Source: Eledone cirrhosa (Eukaryota). Taken from it: a DNA stretch of 64,000 nucleotides. The notes under the pieces are model-generated. The model did no database searches, was not told where the DNA came from, and was given only the letters and a program-made list of their open reading frames with translations. The position numbers and the translations under genes were made by a program. How positions within the stretch are numbered: the first letter of the stretch is position 1; each line of letters starts with the position of its first letter. Positions 13,225 through 26,618 of this stretch are shown here, in pieces. The DNA lies in contig OZ024740.1 in NCBI GenBank assembly GCA_964016885.1, positions 179,056,001-179,120,000 of the forward strand, given 5' to 3'.

Positions 13225-15821
13225 CCCTTTCGTGACCAAACCGCCCAAAACCGCCCCAAAAAAATTTTGGTTCATGTGACCAAGCCGCCCAAAACTGCCC
13301 GTACTCACACATTCATATTTAAATGAGAATATCAGAGCAAATCTCGTTAGTACATTCGTGAAAACACGTGATTATACTGCGTAAAGAATTGAGCTACAGT
13401 TTTGGACAACAATCGACGTGTTATTTTAATTCTGTGAATTTTGGGAGATTTTTTTCAAAATTTGTTCCTGTTGTGTTTTGAAAATTTGTAATTCTGACAA
13501 AAAATGGATACCAATTTCATTCTGTCAAGCAGCGAGTCAGAATTCGAAGGATTTTCCACTGAAGACCTTGAAAAATCTAACTCTATAACTGAAAAAAAAA
13601 AAAAAGCACGTGGTATTTGACAATGAATCCGATGTTTCATTTTCCGAAAGTGAAAACAGTGAATCCGAGAGTTCCGATGACAGCGATAAAGAAAATGAAT
13701 TGGCACCTGAATGGAGTAAAAATTTAAAAACTGTTTCTTTCAGTGATTTTTGTGAAGAAACTGGACCAAGTCACAGTCTATGCCAGGAGAGCAAAGCTTT
13801 AGACTATTTCCTTTTACTTTTTCCTATGAGCTTGTTTGAAATCATTACGGTGGAAACAAACCGTTACGCTGAAAGTAAACAAAGCGAATAAAAGGATGGT
13901 TTGTGGTTTCCTACAAGCTTAAATGAAATTAGAGCTTATTTTGCCATAAATATTATTATGGGCTCAAAGTTTGGAAGATTTGCGAATCGAATACTGGGTA
14001 CTGCTCTGGATTTGAATTTTATACTGGCAAAAGAGACAATTATGTAAGTCAGCATGGCCTAGGGTATGATGTGGTCTGGAATTTATCATGTAGCAGGAGT
14101 TGCCTCCCTTGTTGTGACACTCACATCACTAGATTAACGCTCTCTAGATAGGAAGTAGAACCCTTTCTGTAACTTCCGGCAGAACCCTATAAAACGAATA
14201 ACTTTAAGCTCCCTATCTCTCATTTGCCTTTTCGGCTCCTGGCTCTCGGCCAGGCGCGTTCGCCTGGCAACCAAAACGGTAACTAATAACTTTGCTTCAT
14301 TCTTTCATCTATTCAATGACATGTCAACTATACTGTTCTATATATCCACAAATTGTTAATTAAATATTATACACACAAACCACGTCTCTTGTTATAGTTA
14401 TACAACCCAGTATTTTGTTATAATCACTTCCATACCATAACCAGGGCCGTATATTATTTTTTTACCAGTTTTTCAGTTCGGTCATACTTGCGGAGAATTT
14501 AGATACTGTGGCAACACATACATGTGCAACAGTGATCGCTAGTAGAAAAGGACTGCCGTTGGATATAAAAAAAGCAAAATAAAAAAAAAAAGGTGAAATA
14601 ATTCAACGGCAGAAAAGAAATTTGCTAGCGACCGCATACATAGATAAGAGGCAGATCAATTTTCTGTCTACCTGTGCACGGCCACATGTGGATGAAAATG
14701 GCACCCCATTTGTGAATCTCGATTATAACAGGTACATGGGTGGTGTAGATTGGATGAATCAGATGATGTCTTATTATCCAGTTGGCAGACCGGGGAATAA
14801 ATGGTGGCGATACCAGGTTTGGTATATAGTAAATATGAGTATTACTAATGCATTTATACTATATACCAAATCGGGACGGGCTCGAAAGCGATGCGACCAT
14901 CTGCAGTTCCGAGCAGATATAGCAACACAATTAAGAGGTGGTTATTCCTAAAAAAAATAACTGTAAGGAGAAAAAACAAAGCCTGCCAGAGGGATATCCC
15001 TCTGAATTCAGCCGATCGCCATAAATAAAAAAAAAAAAAAAAAAAACAACGAGGGTCGCAAAAAGCAGTGCCGTGAATGCCTTCATCAAAAAAGCAAAGC
15101 TCCTAGTGGGAGGTCTGTTGAAACAACTTTCCAATGTGCATTCTGCAAGGTTGCATTATGTATAGCAGGGTGCTTTACAAGTTTTCATGATAGGAATATT
15201 GTTTAATTTGTATATATGTGTGATTTTATTTTATTAATATTTTAAAATTTACTTTGTTTATATTTTTCTTTGTGTAATTTTAATTTACCTGTAAGGTGAG
15301 TTTTGATTAATTTCTTTTGTAAATCAATATTGTATATTTCTGAGTATCTATGTATGTGGGAGAGCTTATTTAATCTAGTTGATGGTGTGTGTGTATTTTG
15401 TTTTCTAGTTTTCTTCACAGACAAATTCCAGTCTTTCGTTTTATTTATACCTTTATGGTACACCTGTCTTTTGTGTGTTTAAATTCACCTGATAAATCCA
15501 GTAATGTGCACAACTCTTCTATAGTAAAATTTTGTTGTATACCCAATAACCCATTTTCTATAGTGATGTTTGAACAAAATTTAAATAATTTCATATTTTG
15601 TTGTATTTACCTGTAATTAGAGTCACTTTGAGACAAAAATTATGGAATAGAATAGGTTGAGAACCTTTCGTTAAATTTTCTTCAAAAAATCACATTAATA
15701 TGTTGATAAATAAAAAAGTTAGAGTCGTTTAATGAAATCAGACTAAATTTATGATTATGTTAGAAATTAATTGAAACACATAAGGGGGTGTATTTTGGTT
15801 AGAAATATGGTAACGAAAGGG
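13225..15821 (+). mobile_element. piggyBac transposon, defective
   Basis: TTAA TSDs at 13221-24 and 15822-25. 13-bp TIRs CCCTTTCGTGACC / GGTAACGAAAGGG (12/13). Broken transposase includes ITVETNRYA, DYNRYMGGVD, KWWR and a C-terminal Cys-rich region. Confidence 0.92.
14089..14422 (+). mobile_element. Solo LTR (Gypsy-like) inserted in the piggyBac transposase
   Basis: TGTAGCA...TGTTATA termini, 4-bp TSD ATCA, internal TATAAAA. Removing it restores VVWNLS-LPYHNQG. Confidence 0.8.
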
Positions 15822-17053
15822 TTAAATCAAACCTTACATTGGATAATGTAGTTGCAGATACACTTGTAATATTCATTCCAGCTCTATACATTCCGAGCTC
15901 AACTCCTGCCACAGTTACCTTTGCTTTACATCCTTCATTGTTAATATTCAAACAAAGTACTCAGAATTAACTATGCTACAAAATGGTCAATTCAGTATCC
16001 TTTTTTTTTTTTTTTAATCCAAAAGCTGTCCAATAAAACCAGAAAAGATGGCTGGTGTGGACAGAGACATGTGGTGTATCTATGGACGATGTGTGTGATA
16101 TATCTTCGTTCATCACTCTGCTGGAGCATAACATATTGGCAGAAAAAAAACTAAATAGTTTGTCTGCCAGCAATGTCAACAATGATTATCCCATTTTAAT
16201 CAAGATATTATATAGTATAAGTGGAATGAGCACTCTGCAGACACTTGTACCTTGAATTTAATCATAAGGTATATCATAGTGGAAGACACTCTCCCAAGGT
16301 TTTGACAATGGGATAAAACCAGCTACCTCATGATTGTAAAGTAAAATTATATGGCCAGTCCTGCATTAAACAACATTCCTAGTAACTCAACAAGCAAGTC
16401 TACAAAGTCAATAGACCAGCTAGAAATATAAACCAAATCTCTCTCAAATCACAGAGTTTTATTATAAGTTCACATTGTAGTCCTGAATGAACAAAATAAT
16501 GAGATGGACTTGGCTTGAATGATTATAGGCTTGCATGAACAAGCACCAACACCCCCACCCCCATGTGCTACAAGCCTGGCTGAAATTTTCCCTGGTTCTA
16601 CGATACAAAAACTCAATTTCTTAAAATCCAATCCAATCAAAAGCCTTCTCACTGCTATTGGAGGAACCCCTCTTAGTTGACCTCCACAGCTTTCTGTTTA
16701 GTTTTAGTTAAGGAGTGTAGACATACTTACAATGTTTGGCCAATTGCAGTTTGAACCCAAAGTTGGCATGAATGACCATTGACTGAGTTCATCCACCCTT
16801 TTTACAGCCATTGTTTTCTGTACTACTGGAGTTCCACTTACCCTCCTCACCAAACCCGGGTCTACTGGAGGAGCTAGTTGAGATGCCGACTGCTTGACCA
16901 TGATGTAGTTTGTACTGGGTTACATGGTACAAGTAGCAGGCAGAACCCTGACAACTTAGTTACTTCACACTAAATCAATCCAAATTCTCAAATGAAACAG
17001 ATGCTTTGCAAACCATTAAAAATATGATAAAAATAGGTTTAGTTAAACATTAC

Positions 17054-17143
17054 CTTTAAAATATCTGTAAACTCATCAACTTTTGATGCTAACTCAGTTA
17101 AACTTTCATTTTCAATCTTTAACATGTTATTTTCAACAGTCAA
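17054..17143 (-). CDS. GMNN: Geminin coding exon 6 (LTVENNMLKIENESLTELASKVDEFTDILK)
   Basis: ttattag acceptor, AAG|GTAATG donor, 90 nt. Follows a 100-nt intron. Coiled-coil end similar to LKKENKELAEVAE. Confidence 0.9.
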
Positions 17144-17243
17144 CTAATAAGAAAAAGTAAACATTGATATATTAAATGAAAACGAATTTGTTTTATTAAT
17201 TACCAATTATTTGAAAAAAAAAAAAAAAGATTTTAATGCTTAC

Positions 17244-17285
17244 TTCTTCAACTTTGGTCTTTAATTGAGCATTTTCTTCATGTAA
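17244..17285 (-). CDS. GMNN: Geminin coding exon 5 (LHEENAQLKTKVEE)
   Basis: ttctag acceptor, GTAAGC donor, 42 nt phase 0-0. Continues the ENxxLH heptad pattern. Confidence 0.9.
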
Positions 17286-18530
17286 CTAGAAAGTAGAAAG
17301 AAAAAAGTTTGAGTCAGCACCATAGTCTAAAATCTGTCTCATGCCTGAGGGCTCATCAGGCACAGGCTTATCCCGGTTTCTGTGGCATTAAGGGACAGAG
17401 TACAAGACTTCCCACTTGACAGGACACCAATCGATTGCAGGTTAAAACCCAAGCTACAGTTGATACTCATTTTCATTAGCTAATAACATTTTATAAGAAT
17501 ATATCAATCACTTCATCTCCAGATGCTGAGATTTCAGAGAATCACAAATGTCTTAAATACTACACATCAAATTTATCTAAGCTTTAAAATAAAATTACAT
17601 TAAACTTTCTATGACTATATTTCTAATGAGCACACAGCCAATGGTGAATTCCAATTACTTTTCTCTTGGACTAGTTTTAGTTAATTATATCAATCTCAGT
17701 ACATATCTGGTCCTTATTGTATCAATATCTGTGGAACCCCTAAGTATAGGACATAGAGAAACAGTATATACACATACTCAATTGGTATCTGCAGCGTTTC
17801 TGTTTACCAAATTTTAGTCACAAGGCAATGGTCAACCAAAGGCCAAATTGGAAGACATGTCTAAAGGGCCATACCATGACTGAACCCTAAATCATATAGT
17901 TGCAAAATGAACTCCTTAACCACACAGTGTAATATATTTTTCTCTTTTTACTAAGAGGAAGAGAGAACCAATGGCCTTTGCAGGTCCTACAAACCAATTG
18001 TTTCTGCTGTTGCAAGTCAGCATTTGTAAAAATCATGAACAGGGAAGGAATTAGAAAGGGCGAATGTTCTGTGTGATGCCTGGAGGGTTGGATACAACCT
18101 GGCTGGGTGGAGCAAAGACGAGTGGTTTGGGAATGCTCAAGAGGAAACATTAAAATGAGGATTATGACCATATGGTTTCAATATTTTTTGTTTTAATAGA
18201 TGCAACTACCAATAATTAATAACATATCTTATAATATCAAGAATATTACAAGGCTGTACCCTTGATCAGTGGCAGATTGACCAGGTTGCAAGAGGGCTCC
18301 AAGGGAATCCACTGTACTTTTTAGGGGCCAATGCTTTGCTTTTGAAAAATATCTTCCAAAAAATGTCTTAGAAAAAAAATATATAAACAATTAAGCAAAA
18401 GCATTTGGTCAAACAATTCCCTTGGGAATTAATAGAAACCAAAATGTATGATAGTGCTAACAGTTGGAATCACTGGTTGATACATACATACATACATACA
18501 TACATACATACATACATACATACATACATA

Positions 18531-18854
18531 GAGAAGGAGGACATCTACGGACCATTGATGAGGAGCTTACAAATCCAGTATCCAAGATACACCTTTAGCT
18601 TCATACCCATCATTATTGGTGCTACGGGTTATATACCAACCCGCTTGGACCAAAGTATGACCGAACTTGGATTTGCGGACAAAAAGCGCAGCTCCCTAAT
18701 TCATAGTCTACAAATGGCTGCGATAGCTGACACCTTCAAAATATGCAAAACATTCTTGCGATTCAAGGGATGACAATTTCTTTTCTTTTACAACCTTGCC
18801 ACCAGGAAGGTGACCGGTCAAAAAAATATACTCGAAATTAAGAGAAAGAGAAAA
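18531..18854 (+). mobile_element. 3' end of a restriction-endonuclease-type LINE (R4/Dong-like) within a (CATA)n array
   Basis: EKEDIYGPLMRSL...FIPIIIGATGYIP...LQMAAIADTFKICKTFL* resembles the RLE C-terminus. Short 3' UTR, (CATA)n on both sides. Confidence 0.7.
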
Positions 18855-19187
18855 CATACATACATACATACATACATACATACATACATACATACATACA
18901 TACATACATACATACATACATACATACATACATACATACATACATACATACATACATACATACATACATACATACATACATACATACATACATACATACA
19001 TACATACATACATACATACATACATACATACATACATACATACATACATACATACATACATACATACATACATACATACATACATACATACATACATACA
19101 TACATACATACATACATACATACATACATACATACATACATACATACATACATACATACATACATACATACATACATACATACATAC
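18855..19187. repeat. (CATA)n microsatellite
   Basis: Perfect tetranucleotide array of about 330 bp. Confidence 0.98.
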
Positions 19188-19718
19188 ATGGTGGCTGCCA
19201 ACTCGTTTTCGAGTACGGCCACTACTTTATATCCATGTAGAAGAACTCCTACCGATGCGCTGAACAAGTGTGACTTTTTAGTCCAGCCAGCGACTTGAAA
19301 ACTCTGGTACAAACACTACACTTGTGACAATTATTGACACATAGTGCTGAGCCCATGGTACCATGTGACGACAAGTGCAGAGAGATCTCCAGATACAAAG
19401 CAATGCCTGTGCCGTGAAGCTTTTATAGTGAGCAAAGGCACTGCACAAAGCCAGTCCCACTCTCTTAACCAAGATGATATTTACCAAAAAGAAGAACAAG
19501 TCAACATCATTGGATACCATCAGGGCTGCAGGTGTTATATCAGAGTTTTCCTTCTCCTAGAATTCTGCCTTGACAAAGGCTAAGGGGTCATCTCTCCCGG
19601 TGATTTTGGATGGCCATTGACTCTTAAGAGCTCCTTTGCCCTTTGACAGGTTTTGTTTTTAGTCCTGCAGGATGTCCAAAGTCACCCTCCTCACCAAGAA
19701 ACCTTGGTGGGGTTGCCA
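19188..19718 (-). mobile_element. Bipartite non-autonomous RTE element, 5'-truncated copy
   Basis: Near-identical to 19781-20389. The 3' part encodes CSVC..FKSLAGLKSH, an RTE-type C-terminal zinc finger. Confidence 0.75.
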
Positions 19719-19780
19719 TGACACATACATATACATATATATATACATACATATATACATATACATATATATATATATAC

Positions 19781-20389
19781 ATGGTGGCTGCCAACTCGTT
19801 TTCGAGTACGGCCACTACTTTATATCCATGTAGGAGAACCCCTACCGATGCGCTGAACGAGTGTGACTTTTTAGTCCAGCCAGCGACTTGAAAACTCTGG
19901 TACAGACACTACACTTGTGACAATTATTGACACATAGTGCTGGGCCCATGGTACCATGTGACGACAAGTGCAGAGAGATCTCCAGATACAAAGCAATGCC
20001 TGTGCCGTGAAGCTTTTATAGTGAGCAAAGGCACTGCACAAAGCCAGTCCCACTCTCTTAACCAAGATGATATTTACCAAAAAGAAGAACAAGTCAACAT
20101 CATTGGATATCATCAGGGTTGCAGGTGTTATATCAGAGTTTTCCTTCTCCTAGAATTCTGCCTTGACAAAGGCTAAGGGGTCATCTCTCCCGGTGATTTT
20201 GGATGGTCATTGACTCTTACGAGCTCCTTTGCCCTTTGACAGGTTTTGTTTTTAGTCCTGCAGGATGTCCAAAGTCACCCTCCTCACCAAGAAACCTTGG
20301 TGGGGTTGCCAGTTTAGTCGCCAACGACCCGACCATGAGACAGGTTGTACTGGGATACATGTTACCAGTAGCACCAACTGGTGACCTGA
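19781..20389 (-). mobile_element. Bipartite non-autonomous RTE element (5' UTR fused to 3' end)
   Basis: About 610 bp. An RTE-like 5' UTR (AAGGAAAACTCTGA) joins directly to the ORF tail. A third copy lies at 40075-40407 and a related 5' UTR plus YADD fragment at about 45540-45800. Confidence 0.75.
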
Positions 20390-20838
20390 CATACATACAT
20401 ACATACATACATACATACATACATACATACATACATACATACATACATACATACATACATACATACATACATACATACATACATACATACATACATACAT
20501 ACATACATACATACATACATACATACATACATACATACATACATACATACATACATACATACATACATACATACATACATACATACATACATACATACAT
20601 ACATACATACATACATACATACATACATACATACATACATACATACATACATACATACATACATACATACATACATACATACATACATACATACATACAT
20701 ACATACATACATACATACATACATACATACATACATACATACATACATACATACATACATACATACATACATACATACATACATACATACATACATACAT
20801 ACATACATACATACATACATACATACATACATACATAC
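20390..20838. repeat. (CATA)n microsatellite
   Basis: Perfect array of about 450 bp. Confidence 0.98.
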
Positions 20839-21786
20839 ACACACAGGAACTGCTGGCCAAATTTTTTTGGTATCAATGGGTTAAAGGTATATGTAAAATA
20901 AGTTAGTAGTGAATAGTGAAGGTGGTGGAATTTGCAAAAATAGCCAGGACATATATATATATATTTATATAATTAGTATATAAATATATGTAGTACATAT
21001 ATAGATGTGTATATATTTATACATACATAGAAAGAAAAAGAGAGACATATACAATGTCAATTAGTGGTCAGTTGTTCAGTCTAAAGTCCCTAGGGAGAAT
21101 GAGTTGGCAATTAATTTTTGTACAAGTTGAAAACATGTATGCATACACACACTCCCATATATATATTGAGTGAGTGTGAAAGACCAAAGGTCATTATTGA
21201 AAGTTTCTGGATGTGTATATTTCGCGAGGTACTTTATATTTTTTTTTATTGGAGAAGGTAAGAACGGTCACTGACATACTCTACTCTAAATAACAGTATA
21301 CTATACATTCACAATTATTTAAAAACTCAATTATAAGATTCTGTATTACTGTATACTGACAGTAATGTGTACATTATATATAGACAATAATTAGTAAAAG
21401 ATAATACATTTTTCCCCCACAAAAATTTGATTGCACTGTTTCCATTTATGTATTTTTTGAAAATGTTATTTATTCATTAAAAAAATTAAATGATAGCATT
21501 GTATGTGGGTGGGCTCCCTTTGTCTCTTGGCAACCAATATTTTTAGACCCATGATATCTGAGCTCAGCACAAACAAACTAAATGCCCCAGCTACTTCCTG
21601 ATTTAAGCTGAACTCCACTATAGAACCAATTTGCATTGAGGTGGAATAGAGCAGAAGACATTTAAGTGGCTTAGCTTTTGATGGAAGAGTGCTACAAAAT
21701 GCATACACCACTTACTTAGTGGGCCTCTAACCTATCAATTTCTTCAACATTAATTCTAGAAGAGAATTAGGCAAAAATGTAGCATA

Positions 21787-22069
21787 CTCTCAGGTCTTGA
21801 ATAATCGTCCCCCTCTGCTTATTAATTTTTCAGATTTTTTCCACCCACCCCACTTATTAGATTTTGGTAATGTCTCCAACAACATTTTATTTTGAGTGGT
21901 GGCATACCCGTGAACAATTTGTTTATACTTTAAAAAACATTATACATGACAAAAAACGTACATTACTAGAAATCCCATACGTTATGAAATAAATTCTGGA
22001 TTTAAAAAATAATCAAGAGACAACCCAGAAAAATTACCGATTCCCCTTCTATTATTTGGGACCCGAGAA
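21787..22069. mobile_element. MITE with imperfect TIRs, TA flanks (Tc1/mariner-like)
   Basis: CTCTCAGGTCTTGAATAAT versus the reverse complement of ATTATTTGGGACCCGAGAA. Confidence 0.5.
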
Positions 22070-24071
22070 TACATATAATCATAAGGCACCAAAGCAGTAC
22101 AAATGTTGAGTTGTTGCTGTAATTTTAAAAGATTAGATAAGGCATACTATTGTTACATCAAATTAGCCGATAAAGCTTTTTGGCCCTATGATACAAAGCT
22201 GTCTGTTTTAAAAAGCTCATCCAATTCAAAACCTTTCACCTTAATTTTATTTCAAGAACCTCTTTGAACACCAAATTAATCTTGATACAAACCAACCTGA
22301 AAGTGGCTGCAGTTCACTCAGAGAACTCTGCATAGTAAAGTTATTAAAACCTTCCATTATAATTTTATACATGAATCTTTTGTAAAGTTGTGTTCCAAAC
22401 ACCAGCCTAATGAGAAATTCTGTAATTTTACTAAACCTCTTCACTTTCAACATTGTTTCATAAATTAACTGACATATTTAGGCATTGTACTTCACTAAAA
22501 TATAGCCATGAAAAGGTTAATAATCAAAATGTTAGTTATTTAAATCTTTTCAAATTCTAGCATATTTTGAACATTAATTGAAACGCATCTATTTTATTAA
22601 AGATAGAGCAACGTAAAAGGACAAAGAGATGATATTTGTATTCAAAAGCATGAAAGAGCATCATAAAACTTGCATTTGACATTGAACGCTTCATACTTCC
22701 AGTGAAAAGTGGATGACATTCATACTCCAAGAAACATTTATGAATTTAACAGATCAACAATAAAACATTTGCTAAGAAGATTGATTGCCAGTATGAAGAT
22801 ATTAAGACACTGTGATGACAGACACTAACAAATTTTGCTGCCATGCGAGACTTCAGCTGTAATATTTTACTCTCTACACTAAATTCACTAGACATGACAC
22901 TCAAAATATTATTACTCAGGCAATAAATAACTTGAACTTTGAATATTTCCATAGTGCAACTAAACTTTTACTAGCAGACAATTTTTTCTTGAATTCCATT
23001 ACAAACCCATCAATGTGTAGTATAAACTTGTTTTCCCCTACTCCTATTGCAGATCAATATTCACTAGCTGAACACATCAAACCCAGTAAAAAGACAATGG
23101 CAAGAAAATTAACTCATTTGATATCACTCAAAACTTCTGCTGCTTCTACAATACAAAACCCTTGCAGCATATATAAGAGCCTTTCTTAAGTGGTCTTCCA
23201 AAAATCAGTTTAATAAGAAAGTTATTACTAAATCTGTCAAACTCCTTTACTTTCAAAATTATTTGAAAATTATAGGCAGTGCCTTTCATGAGAATTATGG
23301 TAAATGGCTGTGAGAGTAAGGTGAACAACTGACTATGGTATTAAGTTCAAATCTTACTAATTTCACTACTTTGACATTAACTCTGTTTGTTACACTTTGC
23401 CCAGCCATATAAAAATTAGACTTAGCTTCTAATCAAAGTTGAATGGTGACTGACAATAGAAACCCAGCTTAAAACAGCATCCTAAAAACTCAGATTAAAG
23501 TACTATAAAAATAAACACATACACAGTAGACTTAGCTAAAACAACATATCAAACTGCAAGCATTATACTAAGATATACACACCATCAACAAGGAGTGCAG
23601 AAGAACAATATCTGCCGTGATCTGACAAAATCCATCTTGTTGTTTGACTTTGCTGTGGCCAGCACCAGATTCTAGTTATATAGAAATTGACTGATCAGTA
23701 AAAAGTATGAGATGTTTAGATTGTTACACATCACACCATATGATTCACAACTGCATGTTGGATTGTGCAGTATGGTTCTCAGCTGGGTACATACATAGCA
23801 TAATCAGTAAAATATATCTATGGATTTCATTGTTCAACTAACTACCTGAATCTCATAATTGCTTGATCAGGGCTGACCTGCAGTTATACAACTGATCCAT
23901 TTTAACCCTTTAGCATTTACATTACTCTCTATATATATATATACTATTGTATTTTTTGAGATTTTGATATATATTTTGAGAACAATACCTTAACATCAGT
24001 ATGAATGGCCAGTTACAGCCGGTTTGAATAAAACAAGGTGAGAGTATTCTGGCCGGATACGGCTACCTTAA

Positions 24072-25092
24072 CCCTTTGGCATTCGCATTAATTTTCAAAT
24101 GTCATGCTTATCTGTTCACATTATTTTGAGTTAATCATACTCAAGAGGGTTATCAATTTTATTTGTTTGTAATTTTCTTAATTTTCTATGCGCAGGCTTG
24201 AAATTTTGTCAGTAGATGTTTAAATATCAATAATTTACAATTATATAATTTTACCCGATTTTTTTGTTTAAATTTGACTTTTATGGGCAGGTGAAATTAA
24301 TTAATAGGGGTATTTGAAGTATCAACCAGGTGCAAATACTGGTTTAATTTTAAATACGTTGTTTTTGGCATAATACTTGATATATAAGGATCACTAAACC
24401 TTATATCAGTGCTCCAGTAATTCCAGTCTTAGAAATTGTTTTATACCAAACATAATATTTACGGTAAAAAATGCTTGCATTTCTGCAGCATCTGTCGGTT
24501 GCCAAACAGATCGTGTTTTCCTCGATTTGAAATCTGTTGTTGGGCATATCGATTAATCTCTTCTGTCACAACTTCGAAGAAAGTTTGTGGTAAAAACAAA
24601 AAGAAATAATCCAGTGCTTTAGCATCGGGAGCTAATTTGTGTTGTGGACCAGTATTTTGAATAAAATCGGAAACATATATTGGTATGGTATTTTTCAACC
24701 ACGTTGCTGTAATATTTTCAATGGCGTCCTGGAGATCTCCTTACAATCATCGTCGGATGAAATTTCTGATATGTAAACATCTGATTCATTTGAAGATAAA
24801 TCACTAATATTATCTTTTGTTTCTTGTTCATTCTGAATGTCATCGTGTGTAAAACCTTCAAAGTCGGTATCGCTACTTTCACAAGCCATGTTGATACACA
24901 AAAAAATCTGTTCTACTTTCAACGTTAAAAAAACACATGTATTAAGTTGTTTCACTATATTAAGTGTTAATTTTTGTGGTAAGGGCCTAATCTCGCAGTA
25001 ATGTCGAATTGACAAGATTTTGATGGTGGTTTGTTTATTTTTAGAACAATATTTTAGTGTGAGTGTTATCGGCCGGTTTGAACACTAAAGGG
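24072..25092 (-). mobile_element. Internally deleted piggyBac element
   Basis: TTAA-CCCTTTGGCATTC ... GAACACTAAAGGG-TTAA ends. Transposase N-terminus MACESSDTDFEGF...ALDYFFLF...EEINRYA with a frameshift. Confidence 0.85.
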
Positions 25093-25614
25093 TTAAACAT
25101 GCAAGTATGGTTATTGTATAAAATACATATGCAATAGAGGATTGATAAAATTTGTAAAGTGTTATTCAAATGCATTTTAGTATTTGGTTGTTCTTAGTGG
25201 TAAGGGTGTTGGACTTATGATCCTAATGTCATAAGTTCAATTCCTGGACCAAGTTGTCTGTTCATGAGCAAAATACTTCATTTCCCATGGCTCCAGTATA
25301 CTCAGGTGAAAATGAGTACAAGCAGCAGTCACTGGGTGTTTAACCCTACGATGGACTGGTGTCCTGCCTTTAAGTCTTGCTTTATGCTATGGAAACTGGG
25401 AGAAGCACTGGCCAGATGAGCCTCCAGGCTCAAAACAAACTTTAGACTATGTTTCTAGGAGAACTCTGCCTTTCCCTATTCTAAGATCAATGAAATAAGT
25501 ACCAAACCAAGTATTGAAGTCAATATAATAAACCAAATCCCTTGAGGTCATCTTAGTAATGTAATACTTGATGCACATTTAAAAAAAAAAAAACCATTAC
25601 AAGATATGTGTGTC

Positions 25615-25696
<82 letters not shown>

Positions 25697-26477
25697 CATA
25701 CACACACACACACAAACATTTCATATATAATTCAATAGACAACCCCAGTCATATAATATATAAGTATATATTGATGTGATTTCATATTGACTAAGCTTTT
25801 GTGCTCCGTTTATATATCCTGCGGTTAACTGCTCTGATAGAGATGAGTGGTATATACCATACTTAAAATTAAGTATGAGTTAGTGTCAGAAAGAGTATAT
25901 AGCCATAGTGAAGCTGACTCAATAGCTCGTATAACCAATGCCAGCATGAAAATAAGGACGTAAAATTGGTTATATTAACCCTACAAATACCTGGAAATTC
26001 TTAATGACACTCCAATAATTATTACTTCATGGAAATATAACAATTTCAAAATATCTATTGCAACATTAACAGTTTCTTTATTTTAATAAGTATGTTGTTC
26101 TCCGATTCCTCCAACTTACCCACCCCATATATTACAACATTAATAAAACTCCTAAAATACAACTTATAATACAACCAGTTACTTCTAAAACCCATTAAGA
26201 ACAGTAGTAGTTAGAAAAATGAGAAAACTCAACCAATCACTTGCTGTTAATGTTTTAAATAATTCATTTTCTAATTATTTTTACAATTCAGAGTAGATAA
26301 ATTTGTATTTGTTGTTTTTCTACCATTAATATTTTATATTCCTTTGAGCCTTTTTTTTAACTGTAATTTACAACCAATTAGCAGTATGTTTTCATTCAAT
26401 ATCACATAAAAATGCTTTAAATATAATTAATATGCCAGTGTGTATAATATACATACACACACACACATGCACATATA

Positions 26478-26618
26478 TAGTGTTTCAAAAGGTTAGATAT
26501 CATTTGAGATGTAAATATCCCAGAAACTACCACTATATATTGTGAATTAGTGTTATGACAAATTTTGTAGTTCCTGGGATATTTACATCTCAAATGATAT
26601 CTATTTTAAAACCACATA
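26478..26618. mobile_element. Fold-back MITE
   Basis: Arms GATATCATTTGAGATGTAAATATCCCAGAAACTAC and GTAGTTCCTGGGATATTTACATCTCAAATGATATC. Confidence 0.7.

Noticed and set aside
13503-15210. Domesticated PGBD gene
   Set aside because: Stops, frameshifts, an internal deletion and an LTR insertion, with TIRs still present.
18708-20901. Long MYVC/YIHT-repeat ORFs (also YI-rich ORFs at 31, 34, 36, 38-40, 43-44, 55-59 and 63 kb)
   Set aside because: These are translations of stop-free microsatellites, not genes.
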